Shown in pieces: positions 1 through 13,340 of a stretch of DNA of 64,000 nucleotides. The notes below the pieces were generated by a model. It had not been told where the DNA came from and did not search any database. It was given only the letters and a program-made list of their open reading frames with translations. Every line of letters starts with the position of its first letter. The stretch's first letter is position 1. The stretch comes from Dicyema japonicum (lineage: Eukaryota; Animalia; Dicyemida), in the NCBI GenBank assembly GCA_011109175.1, contig RDEW01000032.1, positions 465,334 through 529,333 of the forward strand, given 5' to 3'. Made by a program: the position numbers and the translations under genes.

Positions 1-122
1 AGCAACATGTTTCTTATTGCCACAAGCCTTACTTTAATATCAATCATTTTTATTTCACGATTATGTGCATAAAATTTTCCTTATATTTACAAAAAATCAA
101 TACTGAACACTCTTATACAGCC

Positions 123-300
123 AATAATAATAACATCAGAGACCACAGTTGCATCAAACTAACTAATCATGTGATCCCAGAACGCCCTATCAGAGATCTC
201 AACTTGGCCCGATGCTTTTCTTTCGAACCCCACACAAACACGTATCTGCCCGAATGACTGGATCTTTGTAGTCACGAGGCACGCTCAACGGTTCACACAT
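123..300 (-). mobile_element. 5'-truncated LINE 3' end (RTE-type terminal stem-loop plus (TTA)n tail)
   Basis: Minus strand GGGATCACA-TGATTAGTTAGTTTGATGCAAC-TGTGGTCTC then GTTATTATTATT; near-identical terminus at 9301-9360. Confidence 0.55.
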
Positions 301-499
301 CAATTTTATATATCAATTAATTAATTTATTAATATTTTTAATATTTTTTATGAATCGACTTCATCAAATGTGAATGGAGTTGATGTATGTGTCGAACACC
401 ACTTCCGTTGTGGAGGGATCGTCGATGACAAAGGCTGCATCCGCTTTTGTGCAAAAGGAGTGCGGCAGAGCAACCCCACTACGCTGCTATGAATAACAT

Positions 500-950
500 T
501 ATCATGTGTGCTTCAACACTGCCGGAAATCCTGCAGTGTTGGAGCCCGTGGGATTGGGACCTCGAAGACGGGAAAGACCGGATGGGCTAACAATCTTTCT
601 TTCTTTGGAGGAAAATCGCTAGTATGGACTGCTTTGTGTGAATTCTATTCAAACTCGATGACACTCACTTCGGTGCAATCTGCGTGGATCGGCGCAGATC
701 TTGCTGAGACAATCAAAATTAAAAATATGTGAAATTAGAGATCGCTTTTGTTTGTACCGGTTGGCAATTGAAACGTCTGGTGTCGTGGGAAGCATCACAG
801 CTTCTTTCATGAAGGAGAAGACGGGAGAAATTGAGTATCGTAGAAAACGTGGGAAGCGATTTGGTCGAGGCAACGAATTGGGATTGCAGTTGTCCGAGGA
901 AACGCTTCTCCGTAATGTCAGCAGCGCTCTTCCCTGCTATTGTTAATAAA
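500..950 (+). mobile_element. CRE-clade non-LTR retrotransposon 3' fragment (restriction-like endonuclease domain), frameshifted
   Basis: Across frames: GKRPDGLTIF..GKSLVWD ... AIETSGVVG ... GIAVVRGNA, the C-terminal RLE signature of CRE elements; AT-rich tail follows. Confidence 0.75.
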
Positions 951-959
951 TTTTTATGA

Positions 960-1212
960 TCTTTAGGGAACTGGGGTTCGATTCGACGTCCCCACACAAG
1001 ACAGTCCGTCCTTGTCAGTCCATCCTTGTAGGATAGGGACAGTGTAACTCTTTCTTTAAAATGTCTCCTGTTCAGTGAGTTACGTAACATTAACCAACCA
1101 CCCACGCTCGTCCCGGCGGACCCAGGTCCCAAATTGTCGGTCTGGGATCACTTAGTTATTAACTTTATTCTTTTAACCGGTGATCTGGGACAATAATAAT
1201 AATGTTAATATA
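960..1212 (+). mobile_element. LINE 3' end with terminal stem-loop and (AAT)n tail
   Basis: GGATCACT-(TAGTTATT loop)-GGTGATCT stem at 1145-1187, then CAATAATAATAAT. Confidence 0.5.
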
Positions 1213-2099
1213 ATTGAGTTTACTTGTAAAAATCACTGTGTAATAAAAATATTAATTTTTAAACAATAAACACACATTCTTCAATAATTTCTTAAAGCAT
1301 CCTTCGTAAAACATACACGATAAAAAACTAAAAACTGTCTCTTTCTTCTACCTGCATGTATGCAAACCTATCCACGAGAAATGATTTAATGAAGACAGAT
1401 TCTAGCAGTGGATTTTTGCTGAGTAATAATTACCACCCTTGCTATTTTCATCTTGTGATCATCGAGGGACCCAAGTTTACGAGAAAGTGTCTGCGCTTGT
1501 CCTACACAAGGAAGTCTATGGAGAATGGATGTCTGGGAAGATCGTTCTTTTCAAATTCTGCCACGGATGAACATGGAGACTTAACAAAAGAAGAGAATTA
1601 GTTCGAGAAATTGAACCGACACACATTTTATTCACTTCATACTGTCGTATGTATAGAAGAACTTGGATTTTTGATAATACCTGTAAAAATTCTGATTCAG
1701 TTAATGAAGTTACGTACGACAGTTTTGCTGATGTGGTCTCGTATTCGAAGCAAGTTTTCATTAAAGGCCTCTATTATATGAACGTTGTGCCTGCACTTGG
1801 TTCGAAAAACCGCCTTAAATTTGAAGACTCTATTGCGACCCTACCAGCAATTTGTAGAGTATGTCGCTGTTGTTTACGAATTAGCGGAATCTGAGACTAT
1901 GTTCCACAACTCATCTCCTTTTTTTCGAACAACTATTTTTACGCTGTATACACACACTAAATGTCAGATTTTACTTATGCGAAGCTACGACTGTAAATGT
2001 GAATAAGGATTCCTTCTGGAAGCAAAAGAAAACTTATTGCTGCAATCAAATTCTTCTGCAGTAGCAGGACTATTATTTCGTAGTCGTGAGAATATTGTG

Positions 2100-2357
2100 A
2101 CCAGTGACGTTAGATAACGCTCTCAAAGTGGCGTCATGTGATCCAATTGTCTAGGTGGCGCCCAAGTCCAGGCCGCACCACGAAAAAGATCATTTGCTCT
2201 CCCTCACTCCATTGAGAAGTTCCACTACTGCAAGAATAGACGTCTTTCACTCTTTATGTTGATTCCGGATGGACTCTGTAGAAGTGGAACTGGATACATT
2301 TAATTAGTTGTTTAACTTAAACTTCTTTCTCGTGTATCCAGGGTTAATCAATCAAAT
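2100..2357 (+). mobile_element. RTE-clade 3' fragment ending in stem-loop plus GGGTTAAT
   Basis: KWRHVIQLS resembles the RTE C-terminal RWxGHxxRL motif; CTGGATAC...GTATCCAG stem then GGTTAATCAATC; homologous to 63355-63560 (-) and 9700-9945. Confidence 0.55.
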
Positions 2358-3464
2358 TAGTATATACTGCTGATATCACTATGGCTAAATCCTTACTTAT
2401 GATATTCAGTGTTAACTTAGTTAAAAGAAGCTTGTTAACAGAATCGTTTTGAGGGTTGCACGTGTGAAATATAACCTTAAATGTTTCTACTTTCTATTTC
2501 TAGTAATATATCCATCAATGTATTGTCATCACTGAACAAACTAGAATTAGTTGTGAATCATTCAAGGAATGAATTTATTAACATGAAGCAGATGATCGCT
2601 CTTATGAATATCTCCCAAATTTTTCTACTTTAGATGTTTTTTACATATGGACTCCTTCAAACGATATATTTACATTAACAAAACTCTGGACTGTTTTCGT
2701 TTTGTCCTATTGCATACGAAACCTAAGGGGAAACGACAGAAAGATTATTGACACACTTAAATGAACCATTGAGGGGTGGTGGTTTCGACAGAGGTTTTGG
2801 ATTGTTTTCGTCGTGGATGTTATCAAGACTCAGTGCGCTTAGATAGAATGCATGATATAAACGTCGTCATGGTGAATTAAATATAAACAGCGTTAATTCA
2901 TAATGAATTGTACTAGGATTCTAAATTTTTAGATTGAAAATAAATCTTGACATTATTGGATCGGTTGATTGGTTGGTTAATGGGAACAAGGTCGTGAGCT
3001 ATTACTGCCATCTTTAAGACAGAAACTTGATCTTTGAGTTAAAGATTCGTTTTGCAATTATTTCAAGAAGGCTAAATGTTCGTGAATCTATTGAAAAGGT
3101 ACGTGTTGTAATAGAATGTTTGTGGATTTAATTAAATGCTATCTGTCGCATTAGTGATCACAAGAAAGTGCATAATGAAGTTTTTATGCAGAATTTATTT
3201 CGTCAAGAAGTCATGAATAATATTGACAGATTTTGTCAACTCTATTATTACTACTCTGAAGTTCGAAATTCTATTGGACATTCCATTGATAACCGAGAGT
3301 CAGGTTAAGTATGACGAGGTTTAAATTCAATGAATAAGAGGATGACAATGATATTGTGATAATTATAGTCGTAGTCATGTCTCACAAGCTACTTAAAGTT
3401 GAGAATTCACATGAGAGCGAAAAATAAGCTCTAGTGAAAATTATAGTTAATTTTCCAGTCAAGA

Positions 3465-3710
3465 AATATTTTTGCCTCGGGGATCGCTACCGATTTACTC
3501 CTGTTGCGACCGAATCATCGGGAGCCGTTGGTCCAATGACGGCTGAATTCTTGCAAGAACTCGGAGGATTGCTTGCCAGAAAGAAAAGGGATCAACGAGA
3601 AGGGTTATGGCTAAGACAAAAGATTGGAATAGCCATACTCCGAGGGAACTCGTTCGCAATCCACGCAGCAGGCTTCCTCAACTGACATTTGTTTAATTGT
3701 TAAAAAAAAT
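3465..3710 (+). mobile_element. CRE-clade 3' fragment (RLE domain end)
   Basis: ORF 3434-3685 YRFTPVATESSGAVGPMTAEFLQELG...WLRQKIGIAILRGNS, then a poly(A)-like tail. Confidence 0.8.
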
Positions 3711-3859
3711 TTCATGAACTAAAAAAAAAATTTTCCAGTCAAAGTTATTTTTTGAAAGTTTGATCTGTAAGCATCATGGAATTGTCAATCAATTATAAGG
3801 ACTTTTTTAGCATTTAACTTTTTATTAGGCACATAAATAATAGTTCTGAAAAATAACTT

Positions 3860-5110
3860 TGTGTCCTTTTCGCAGCCTTGTGGCAGCGTTTTCGGGACGC
3901 CCTTCTCGCATTCCCCTTGCCATGTCCTATCAATGAATTCTGTAGTTACGAAGGATCTTTTCTATTACCTTTTGTAGATCCTTGAAATCTCTTTATACTT
4001 TATCATGGAATGGTGGCCTATAAGACATCCCCAAAGAATACCGTATTGCACGCCGCTGGACATTCCTCAGATATTCGAGGCAATTTTCACATTCCTCACT
4101 GTGATACCTAAAGTGTACACCGTAGGTGCGCATAGGCTTCATCGCACCCAATTTTTGGACAGCTCAACTCTTTACGAGGGCATTGTGCTCTTGGAAATTA
4201 CACTTGGATTTGAAAGTCAATCCAAGATATCTAATCCGCCCAATGACTATATAGGAATCACATAAATGGTCACTCTAGGTATTATATTATTAGACCGCTT
4301 AGGGATCCAAAGACTAATAACCTGTACTTTTCATGCATGAGTCCTCTCTATAACACCAACGCATGATTTTATCGACAGCGCCTTACATTTTCCAACACGC
4401 CACAGCTGGTTTTCACTAGTGATCCCAGAGTACTATGTCATCACCATATTCAGACATCTCCGTCCTCACATTGGCTGAGTGAAGTAGCGTTGAAATGTAT
4501 ATATAAAAAAGGGTAAGGGTCATCACCAAACCTTGTGGAACTCCCCGATTAGATCTAAGAAACTAGATCGGCAGCCTTTATGCCTCACTTAGTTCATCTA
4601 GTCTTCTGAGAAGCTGGAAATCCAACTTTTCAGCTCCAAGGTTATTCCTACCTCAACGAGTGTGCATCAGAGGCCGTCATGCCAGACCGAGTCGAACACC
4701 GCTTCCACATCAAGAAACAGTGCATTCTTTCATCTTCCTATGGTTGCGGATCTGAGAGGTAGACCTCCAAAAGCAATCAGCACTGGATCGTACCTTACGG
4801 AATCCCATCTGAAGGTCCGAGAGGGTGTCTTTTATTATGCATTCCTAAGCTAACCTCTGGTGTATCACTCTCTCTGGTCTCCAGGTTTTATAACTATCCG
4901 AACGACACAAAGTACGCGAAAAATAATCCTTCGCTCTACGACAAGATCTTCAGCTTCTTCCTTAAGTCCGTCCATGTGGGGTTCACCCTCTCACAGGCCT
5001 TCCTCCACATTTCACTCTCCAGCTCCATAAGGCCCTTTTAATTTCACGCTGGAAAACATTTATCTCCCTCATGCAATAGGTATGGTATTCCTTGTACCTA
5101 CACATCGCCC
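3860..5110 (-). mobile_element. Degenerate APE-type LINE reverse transcriptase relic (I/Jockey group)
   Basis: Minus-strand motifs FLDVEAVFDSVWHDGL (~4670-4720), GVPQG (~4531-4546) and YGDDI (~4430-4450). Confidence 0.7.
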
Positions 5111-6229
5111 GGTAACGCATAAACCTTTTTCTAAGTATTATTTTACTCAAAACCAGGCCTGGAATGCGCGGGCGACTATCTCTATATGACGTAATCGAAA
5201 ATTTGTCCGCACATTTTCCTCAAGGATGTCACTGAGGAAAGAATCAATGTCCTATAGGTTTGCTTCACCATTAACTTTCCCTTTAAAAGATGAGTTTTCT
5301 ATCCATGAGCGCCTTCAGGTTATCCCAGTTGCCAGAGCCCAACTTCTTTAATGGTCTATTCCTATTGGGCACTTTTTTGAACCCACGTCGATTCAATTTT
5401 TTGTCGATATTTACCGCCAAAATATGTTGAATTTCAAAATAACTTTCTTCTTATGATTCGTTGTGGTTTTTAAGATTTTTGATCAGAGTCTAAAAATAAA
5501 TGAATATTCTACTAAATTATGTTCTTCAATATCTTTTTTCTCAGCAATCCTTTCATGACGTCATCAGACCAATTCTATCGAAAAAAGTTCATTTACAGTG
5601 ATAACAAGTTTTTGGATTTTTTCATTCAAACTCGAATTCTTTAATAAAATCAAGTTCTAAAATATTAAAATTTCGCGTCAAACTTAATTTTTTCACGAAT
5701 CTTATTCTTTTTTTCTTCAAGGGATTGTATCTCTTCGACCATCTTAACAGTAATTTCCTTTTTTGGCTTATATAGTAAATTACCTTTTTCATTGGTGAAT
5801 TGTTTAATCTAGTATAGAATTTACATATATCAATTATTTTACTGAATCTTTTAATCTATTGGCACAGCCCAACATTGAAAATCCCAGGTATTTATTATTT
5901 TAATTTTAATTTTATATAATAAAATTTATTTTTTGTTAATTATAATATTTAAGAATCAAAATTATCATGTTTTTCAATTGATAAATAAAATTGATTGCAA
6001 CAGCAAGATTGGCTTATAGGAATAGCTCAAGTGGCATATCTCGAATACATTTAATTTTTTTTTCTATAGGTGAATATGACGTCTCCAATGAAATCAACAG
6101 AATTCTGAAACCAGAAGTTTGATTTACGGTAAGTATATCATATTAACGTCCAGACTCAAAATCCTTACTTTTACAGTAATTTCTTGCCATGAAATAGGAT
6201 ATAAGGATAACTCTTTTGAATCTGTCATT

Positions 6230-7380
6230 TTTGAGTTTCACTGTTGCTATTTTTATGTGGACTTTATTAGTCAAATCTGACTTAAATTTTTATTCTGATC
6301 TCTCCATACGAATCAACCGCCACTTTCCACAATAATTTCAGTCCCACGAGTTGGATAAATTCAAGGATCAACTCTCAGTAATATATTTTTATGGTCATGT
6401 CAATTGCCCTCAAATGATTCGCTCTGCTTTGTATATTTATCAAAGTCTGATGACTCCTCTGAGTCGTCGTTGATCTACTTATCCAACACGTAAGCTACAG
6501 AAAAAGTAGGAACGTCATAAGCGCCTTTGTTATGTTTCCAAACTGGAATTATACGGAGCTTGCATTCAAATTCACGTGAAAATTAAAGGCATCAAAAAGA
6601 CGACCACAAAAATCTTTTACACTGGTAGTTGTGCATCTTTTTCGCATTAATACTCTTTTTTCAATTAAGCCCATATTGAAAGTGGGTTCATCTTAACTCC
6701 TCATTACCATCTTCCTCTCTAGTGTTGCTATTTTAGGCTAAAATTTCCGCACCATAGACAGCAAATAAGCTCATACGCATATGGACTACAATACGTAGAC
6801 CCTGACCTTGCATAGATCTGAGCATGTACAGCCAGTCTATGACTGTCAACATTAGGTAATCATAATTCTCCTCAATACTCGACTTTTACTAAGTAAGATT
6901 CAATCAACATAATCTTCTAGCTCGAACTCAATCAGTTTAATATAGCAGTTAAACAGAAAAATGAATGGTCGATCGTTGTTTGGAATGAATTCTTTGCATT
7001 TATATCTGCCTTCCAAATTCGGATTGCTCTTTCAATTACTCTACCGATTCGTTTTTGTCTCTGACAAGGGACTGTGGTTTAACGTCTCACCACATACGGG
7101 TCATTATTATCAGATTTTGTGTCGCCAACTTCTAAGCCAATATATCTCAGTAACTGGCTAGTGGTTCATGCTCATCAACTTTACATCATCAATAAATATA
7201 AAATGCCATCCATTTATCATCACATTAACAGTCAGTTAGTGATCTTTCTGTTCTAAGTAAACTACTAAACGGTTCGAAACACAAAATTACAGTATCGTCG
7301 ACATGCTATTCCCTAGTAAAATCCCCATCACAGGTTGAGAACCCAATGCTCTTTTTGATAAATTATTACCGGATTCTGAA
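6230..7380 (-). mobile_element. Degenerate R4-clade non-LTR RT relic
   Basis: Minus-strand GILLGNSMS and FIFIDDVKL motifs, similar to the R4-like ORF at 17717-18277. Confidence 0.5.
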
Positions 7381-7719
7381 CAGCCTTATCAGAAGTCACC
7401 ATGGCCTGCCATACGCGATCGGAGTGCCAAGAGTGCGTTGGCTCAGCTACCTGGGTGTTGCGATTAATCATGAAGGCTCATTTCTGGAGGATGTTAAACC
7501 AAGGAGGCAATAAACGCTACAAGCACATATCTGTACGCGAAAACTGGGTGTCAACACTTAGACGTTTTTTTCCATATTTATGAAGATTATTCTACTCGAA
7601 TTGTTCTACAAGAAAGAGGCGTCCTTCAAGTCCGATCATGTGAAGACGTCTGAGGGAGTGCGGGATCACCTCAATTTTTTTCATTCTGGCTATGACGGTG
7701 TTTTTCTGGTTCAATAAAT

Positions 7720-8800
7720 TCTATTTTAATTCCAGACATTTTTATTTGTTGCATTTGTTTTAATAAACTAGTAAATGCTGTCCTTTGTCCAAATTGCTCT
7801 AAATGTGTTGTCTTGACTGTGTGAAGAAGTAGATAGACAAATGTCAAAAATCATGTCTTCACTCAAAATTGATAATCTTGTCAACTGTAGTTGGGCTGGT
7901 GAGGTTATTGAAAAATGGAACATCACTGAATTCCCAAGGATTCTCAGAATTGTAAAAACCTGCTATATATTTAGTTTGACTGTTCACTAGAAAAAAAGGG
8001 AAATACACTGCAACACGTGTTCTTTTTTAATCTGTAGCGACTGTGTCCTCTGGTCCAATGTGCATATAAAATACAAATTCAAACCCATCGTGGTCGTATA
8101 AAAGTTACTCAGAAATAAGACAAGTGACAATCTCGTTATTCCAAAAGAGAGAAATGATATATCGGCGAAGCAAATTGACAAAATTGTGTGCTGGAGATTA
8201 TAAAAAAGAGAAATTGCTTGAACTAGAAAGTAAAAGGTTTGTAATTCTAATTGAATTCAGGAACGACATCAACAAAAATATTATCCTGGTTCCGACCTTA
8301 ATAAAGAACACAGAGTTCAAACTAAAATCATTCACTTATCAGTTGGTTGAGCAAGTTGAGGAAAAGGTCAAAATAATGCAGGAAATCCCAAATATGATCG
8401 ACTCATTACAAGACGTTATGAATTCTTTTCATAAGTTCGTCATCCTAGTAATTTTAGTGAGTGTCCTTGTGAAGTCAAGAAGATCATGTAGGGCATAACA
8501 CTTTTTGATTAAGACATTAAACTCCCGAAATTTTGCAGTTTGAAATCTGTTGCCTTGATGTGGATTTGATTTCTGTCTGATTATTTTGTTCAATTTGACA
8601 AAAAATAGTTCTTCCGCGGCAGAACCATTAAAATACTTCCCAATGTGACAATTTTGTACTGCTTCCATTCAATCATTAGTAGACTCGACATTCAAACTCA
8701 AATTGATTTTTTGTTTTTTATGAGTGTTAAAAAAGACATTAAAAAATATGACTGTCAAGCACAAACGTGGATTCAAGAAACAAATTGAGGAAATCCTTTA
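7720..8800 (+). pseudogene. TRIM37-like gene (RING, B-box, coiled coil, probable MATH), disrupted by frameshifts and stops
   Basis: PDIFICCICFNKLVNAVLCPNCSKC, LVNCSWAGEVIEK and HCNTCSFLICSDCVLWSNVH..FKPI parallel TRIM37 [31 protein letters not shown] and CWTCKKCICHQCALWGGMH..FKPL; coiled-coil ORF 8124-8498. Confidence 0.7.
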
Positions 8801-9300
8801 CGTGTCGAAGCGGCAAGAAGAACAGGAAATTTATTAAATCCCTTGCCTAGATTGACCTAATTAAGGTTATTGATCGAATATCAAGGCGGGTTCTAAGCAA
8901 CAAAATTCTTGAATCTCAAATTCCTTTAAGATCAACTTTATTGATCATCTTCATTGGAAATCAAAGATCTTCCGATTGGAGACCATTTGGAGATGAGAAC
9001 TCTGCAGATCCTCTTTAAATCCTAAATTATATAAAAGCAAAGTGCTCAAGAGAACTTTGTGTAAGCTACAGAGATAATAGTGAACAGTTTAACAAAATGT
9101 CACTGGGGGAAGCGAAGATTCGTGAGAGAGTGACTAATTAAATTTATGCAGCATTGGGACCAATTAAAGAACTTTAAAAAACTTGTAATATACTTAAAGC
9201 AGAGAATTGTAAAAAAGTTCTTATTCTTCAGCATATAACTAGAACATTAAATGAAAACGATTGACACAGTACGAAAGGTGTGTAACCTCATCCAAATGAA

Positions 9301-9595
9301 TATAATAATAATAACACCAGAGACCACGGTTGCACAAACTAACTAATCACGTGATCTCAGCATGCTCTAACGGCAGAATGTCGAGATCTTTGCGATCTCG
9401 ACAGCGCGTTCCATGATTCATTTGAATCATGGCTTCAAGAGGTATTGGTGGACGGAACTCTTCAGAAATCAAGCGTTCCGTGATTTTGGATGCTCTTTTT
9501 CTGCCAGCATCGATCTTCAAGATATTTGTCCAAGATATGAATGGGCCTCAAATATCACTGCGCAAGAAATGCACGGTTCAATGTATTGTTTGTAT
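9301..9595 (-). mobile_element. LINE 3' end with terminal stem-loop and (TTA)n tail
   Basis: GAGATCACG...TTAGTTAGTTT...CGTGGTCTC-TGGTGTTATTATTATT on the minus strand; same terminus as 123-180 and 43640-43663. Confidence 0.55.
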
Positions 9596-9699
9596 AATAA
9601 TAAATAATAATGATTTTAAAAAAAAGATTTTAAAATTGAATAAATAAAAATTTTTTAAGTAATACAGCTTAATAACAAAATAATCGAATTAGTCCAAAG

Positions 9700-9945
9700 T
9701 TGGGTCGCGTGGCTCCATAAGGTGCTAAGTGGCTAGTTGGTCAAAAATTGTTTTCCTTCCTCCGATGGCGTCATTGGATCCACTTTACTGAAGAGACTTT
9801 CAATGCCTGCCGGCATCAAGAGAATCCAACTATTCATTCCTTGTAGGACAATCTATAAACAAGTTCTGGAACGCTGGAACGAGTCAGGATCAAGGAGTTA
9901 GTTAGTTTGGTTACCCTTCGGTCTTTGGAATAATTTTATTTTTTA
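9700..9945 (+). mobile_element. RTE-type 3' fragment, dispersed repeat
   Basis: Aligns over ~240 bp with the reverse complement of 52160-52396; LRWRHWIHFTEET; ends GGATCAAGG-AGTTAGTTAGTTT..CCTTCGGTCT plus an AT tail. Confidence 0.6.
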
Positions 9946-10439
9946 AAGAATGAAGTGGCTGTTGCCCCTGCCAAATACCAGAGAAATCATTTGAAACAGC
10001 GATTCTATTTTCAAATGCTCGTTGGACACTTTCAATACATTGATCCAACCGATCTTAAAAAAGAGACAGTCTTTGGAAAGATTCCATTCGTCTTGACGAC
10101 AATGGGCTGCACGTTGAATCCGCTGGAGAAGCTGTAGTATTTTCTTAATTTAGAATTCTCGATTTGATAATTTCGACTGGAAAAAGGTGTCTATCTTCAT
10201 TTGGTCCCAGAACATTGATCTCATACATCGCTCTCGTGTATAAGGAAATTGGATATAAAGATTGGTTGGCAGTTAACTCATCTAAAGTAAGAATTTCCGA
10301 TGTCATCAGACGTTGTTCAGCCAAGAATGGCAGAGAAGAAATATTTAGTTTATGTGACGTCCCCTTATGCAACACAAAAGTATCTATTACCATACGACAG
10401 TAAGGCTTCTTTCACTCTTGACTCCTAAACACACGTGTC

Positions 10440-10910
10440 CTAAATGATGATCAAAAGAGTGTGAGCTAGCTCCAGAAGCTATAAATATCAATCTTCTGTC
10501 TAGAAGAAACCAATATAAAGAAGCAACAGATGATCAGTATTATTGACCATACGTTTATGTTCTTCCCCTCCGAATCCCCGAATTATGGTCTTGGTTCCGC
10601 TGTGCTTAATAGCATTGAACCATATGTCAGCAAATAAGAGAGTCAATAATCGAATTAAAATTTTGAAATATGTGATTTATTCCAACAACAATGGCAAGAA
10701 ACATAGAAGAGTTCTATGATGCCCTTTCAAGTGAATATGCTTAACTCTCATCGTCCCACTTCTTATTTATTGCTAGAGACTGGAATGATATAGATGGAAG
10801 AGCACCTAATGGAGACATATATATTGGATCACACGAAAGAAACATAATTAATCTTTTTGGTGAACCGATTGTATTCGTGCAATACTACATTCAAACACTC
10901 AGTGCAATAC
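10440..10910 (+). mobile_element. RTE-clade APE endonuclease relic
   Basis: ISIFCLEETNIK..FMFFPSESPNYGLG..VNNRIKIL matches the APE of ORF 30503-32155 (IGCLQETK..LILFPSESKHYGQG..VNDRISVL). Confidence 0.6.
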
Positions 10911-10954
10911 TAGTACACTCATAGATACGATAATTTGTCATTTCGAGTCTTCAA

Positions 10955-11390
10955 GGCCGCGGGATTTCCGTCTCAATTGGAACCTTTTGGCTTAGACAGT
11001 GGCGACGGGAAGAGGCCGGATAGCATGAAGTTATTCCATACTCCCACGGAAAATCACTTGTCTGGGACACAACGTGTGTGGACACCTTCTCAGGAGCCAG
11101 ATCGCTGACGGCAACGCACTCTCCTGGAGATGCAGCCGACCAGGCGGAGGCCAAGAATATCCGTAAATACGAATCCTTAGTGACTAATACCACTTCACTT
11201 TCATTGCTGCGGAGACAACTGGAACCGTGGGATCGAAGACGGACGTCTTTCTCTCCAGCATTTAAACAAAGTCGCCTCAAAATGATGTGAACAACGAGAG
11301 AGGCTCTGGTAAAGGCAGAGGCTCGAAATGGCGATTATCAGAGGTACGCCTTCGCCATTCTGTCGTCCTAGTTATTTTCGAATAATTGTT
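10955..11390 (+). mobile_element. CRE-clade 3' fragment (RLE domain)
   Basis: [30 protein letters not shown]...AADQAEAKNIRKY...AIIRG. Confidence 0.8.
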
Positions 11391-12749
11391 TAATTTTTAA
11401 TTTATATTGTTTTTTCGATAAAAAAAACACTCGGTGAAATACATTGCCACATGGACTGGGACAAGAAGAAACCAACATTTTCCATTAATCATATAAGCCA
11501 AAAAAAATTTACTAGTTGACTCGAAATCATACAACGGTTGTTTGATGTCGTATGAAACGTGCCTTTGGAATCTCCGATAAAGGGAAGACAAGAGAATGTG
11601 ATAGATCGGCTGTGAGACTCTGGTTCATGATAAAACAACCCCCAAAAAATATAAGGTCACCCTGACTAAAGCTGGAACAATTGGAAGACATATCCCTAAG
11701 AATAATGAAAGGAAACAGCCACTATAATCAAAAATATAGCAAGGCATGTCATCGAGACTACGAGATCAAAAAAGTCGAGATTCTATAACTTCTACACTAA
11801 CAACTACGACTACGTGCAAAACTCTCGACGAACCCAGAAGGTCACATAATCATCGATCAGCACAAGAAGGCATCCCTTATCTCAAAACTACACAAGACCT
11901 GTTCCTACATTCCGATAAAGATAACCCAAAGGACTAAAGTATCAAATAACAATCGAAGAAACACTGTCTGTAAGTCTAAACTCAATATTGGTAAATCTCC
12001 GGCACCTTACTGAATAACTGCAGAACTGTTCAGGTACGAGTCTATTGTAAAATTAAATTAAATTTATATTTTTTTGTGAAAAAAATTTAATGGAATGGTA
12101 ATGCATTACATCCAGTAATTCTATGCTAAGTGCTACTAGTTCCAACAGAAAAACCTGGGAAACTTAAGGCTATTTAGGCTAGGTATAGAATATCTTCCCG
12201 AGCCAAAGTGGATTTCATGCAGACGGTTAACTGTCGACGCTGTGACTCTGTGAAAAAAATACAGAAGGCAAATAAATATTCCGGATATACCTTTCGGGTG
12301 GCTTTGAAATAGCTAATAGAAACACGCTGGTGAAGGTTTTTAAAGAGATACTAAACCAAAGTGAAATTCATCTAATAAACGTGTTGATGGAAGACTCTAA
12401 GTATTTTTGTCTCCTATTCATTATAATTTGCATTCAAATCTGAATTCTTACTATGATTCCAGAGACCGTTTGTAAGCTCAATATACAGAGACAAAAAGCT
12501 TCCTTTGACTTTTCAGTAATATTCTGTTCTCAATAAATTAAAAATAGCAGTAATACGCGGAATAAACTCACTAAAATAACCATGGTGAGGAAACTACGAA
12601 AGTAATTCACAATGGTGGGAACTTCTAGCATCGTTTTGACTTCCTCCTGGTCGAGCTAAACAGAATCGAGAGCTCGTGTGCTCCTCCACAGTCACACAGC
12701 TTTTCTGAATTCACGACGTTCCTTTCTGAAGAGGCGTGAGTATTTTTCT

Positions 12750-13340
12750 CAATTTACGTGTATCGGCGGCTTCTATTGATGATTCCTAGAAGCGATGACT
12801 CCGAGTCGCAGATAGTGATGAAGCCGTAATTATTGTTTCGGATTGCCGAAATTTCGAGTAATGGAAATAGTTTTTTTCTTAGGGAATTTATTTTGTAGAA
12901 GTTTGAAATTCCGAAATCCCATGAGGCATGGCGTACTCCATTGTTGGTTTTAAGAACTAGTAGTATAAGACGGCTGCGCATTCCTGTGAGGCTGGGTTCA
13001 GGAGTTTAAAAGGTTTTGAGTTTCCGAAGGACTCTTGTCGAACGTTATTTATATGTCGAGAGAAAAAGAGTTAGGGGTCCAGGGTCACTCATTGTATTCT
13101 TGGATGTGTTTTCATTGGAATAATGTCACCATGAATCAAATCCATCTAAGAAAAATTAGCTGATCCACTACGCCTCATGAAGCAGCCACAACGCTTAAAA
13201 AGAATTGACTCGAAACGAAATTCTGTGGCTGTTTTTATACATGCGCCTTTAAAAGCGATAAGATCCGAAAGGATTCCTCCTGATGTAAAAAGATATTCAA
13301 AAATATTGATACTATGAGCAAGTAGGGAGATATGTTCCAT
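12750..13340 (-). pseudogene. Possible MATH-domain relic paralogous to the 3' part of the TRIM37-like locus
   Basis: GFD(F)MVTLF..TSKNTMSDPGPLTLF resembles GFDFCLIILFNLTKNSSSAAEPLKYF at ~8560-8640; WDFGISNFYKINSL resembles a MATH C-terminal strand. Confidence 0.3.

Noticed and set aside
2128-2200. HDV-like ribozyme pseudoknot (GGCGTCA/TGGCGCC plus TGATC/GATCA), also near 14721 and 20175
   Set aside because: No UCCUCG-type L3 or catalytic C-x-A-A. The pairing is not kept in all copies, and the region is better read as the RTE RWxGHxxRL coding segment.
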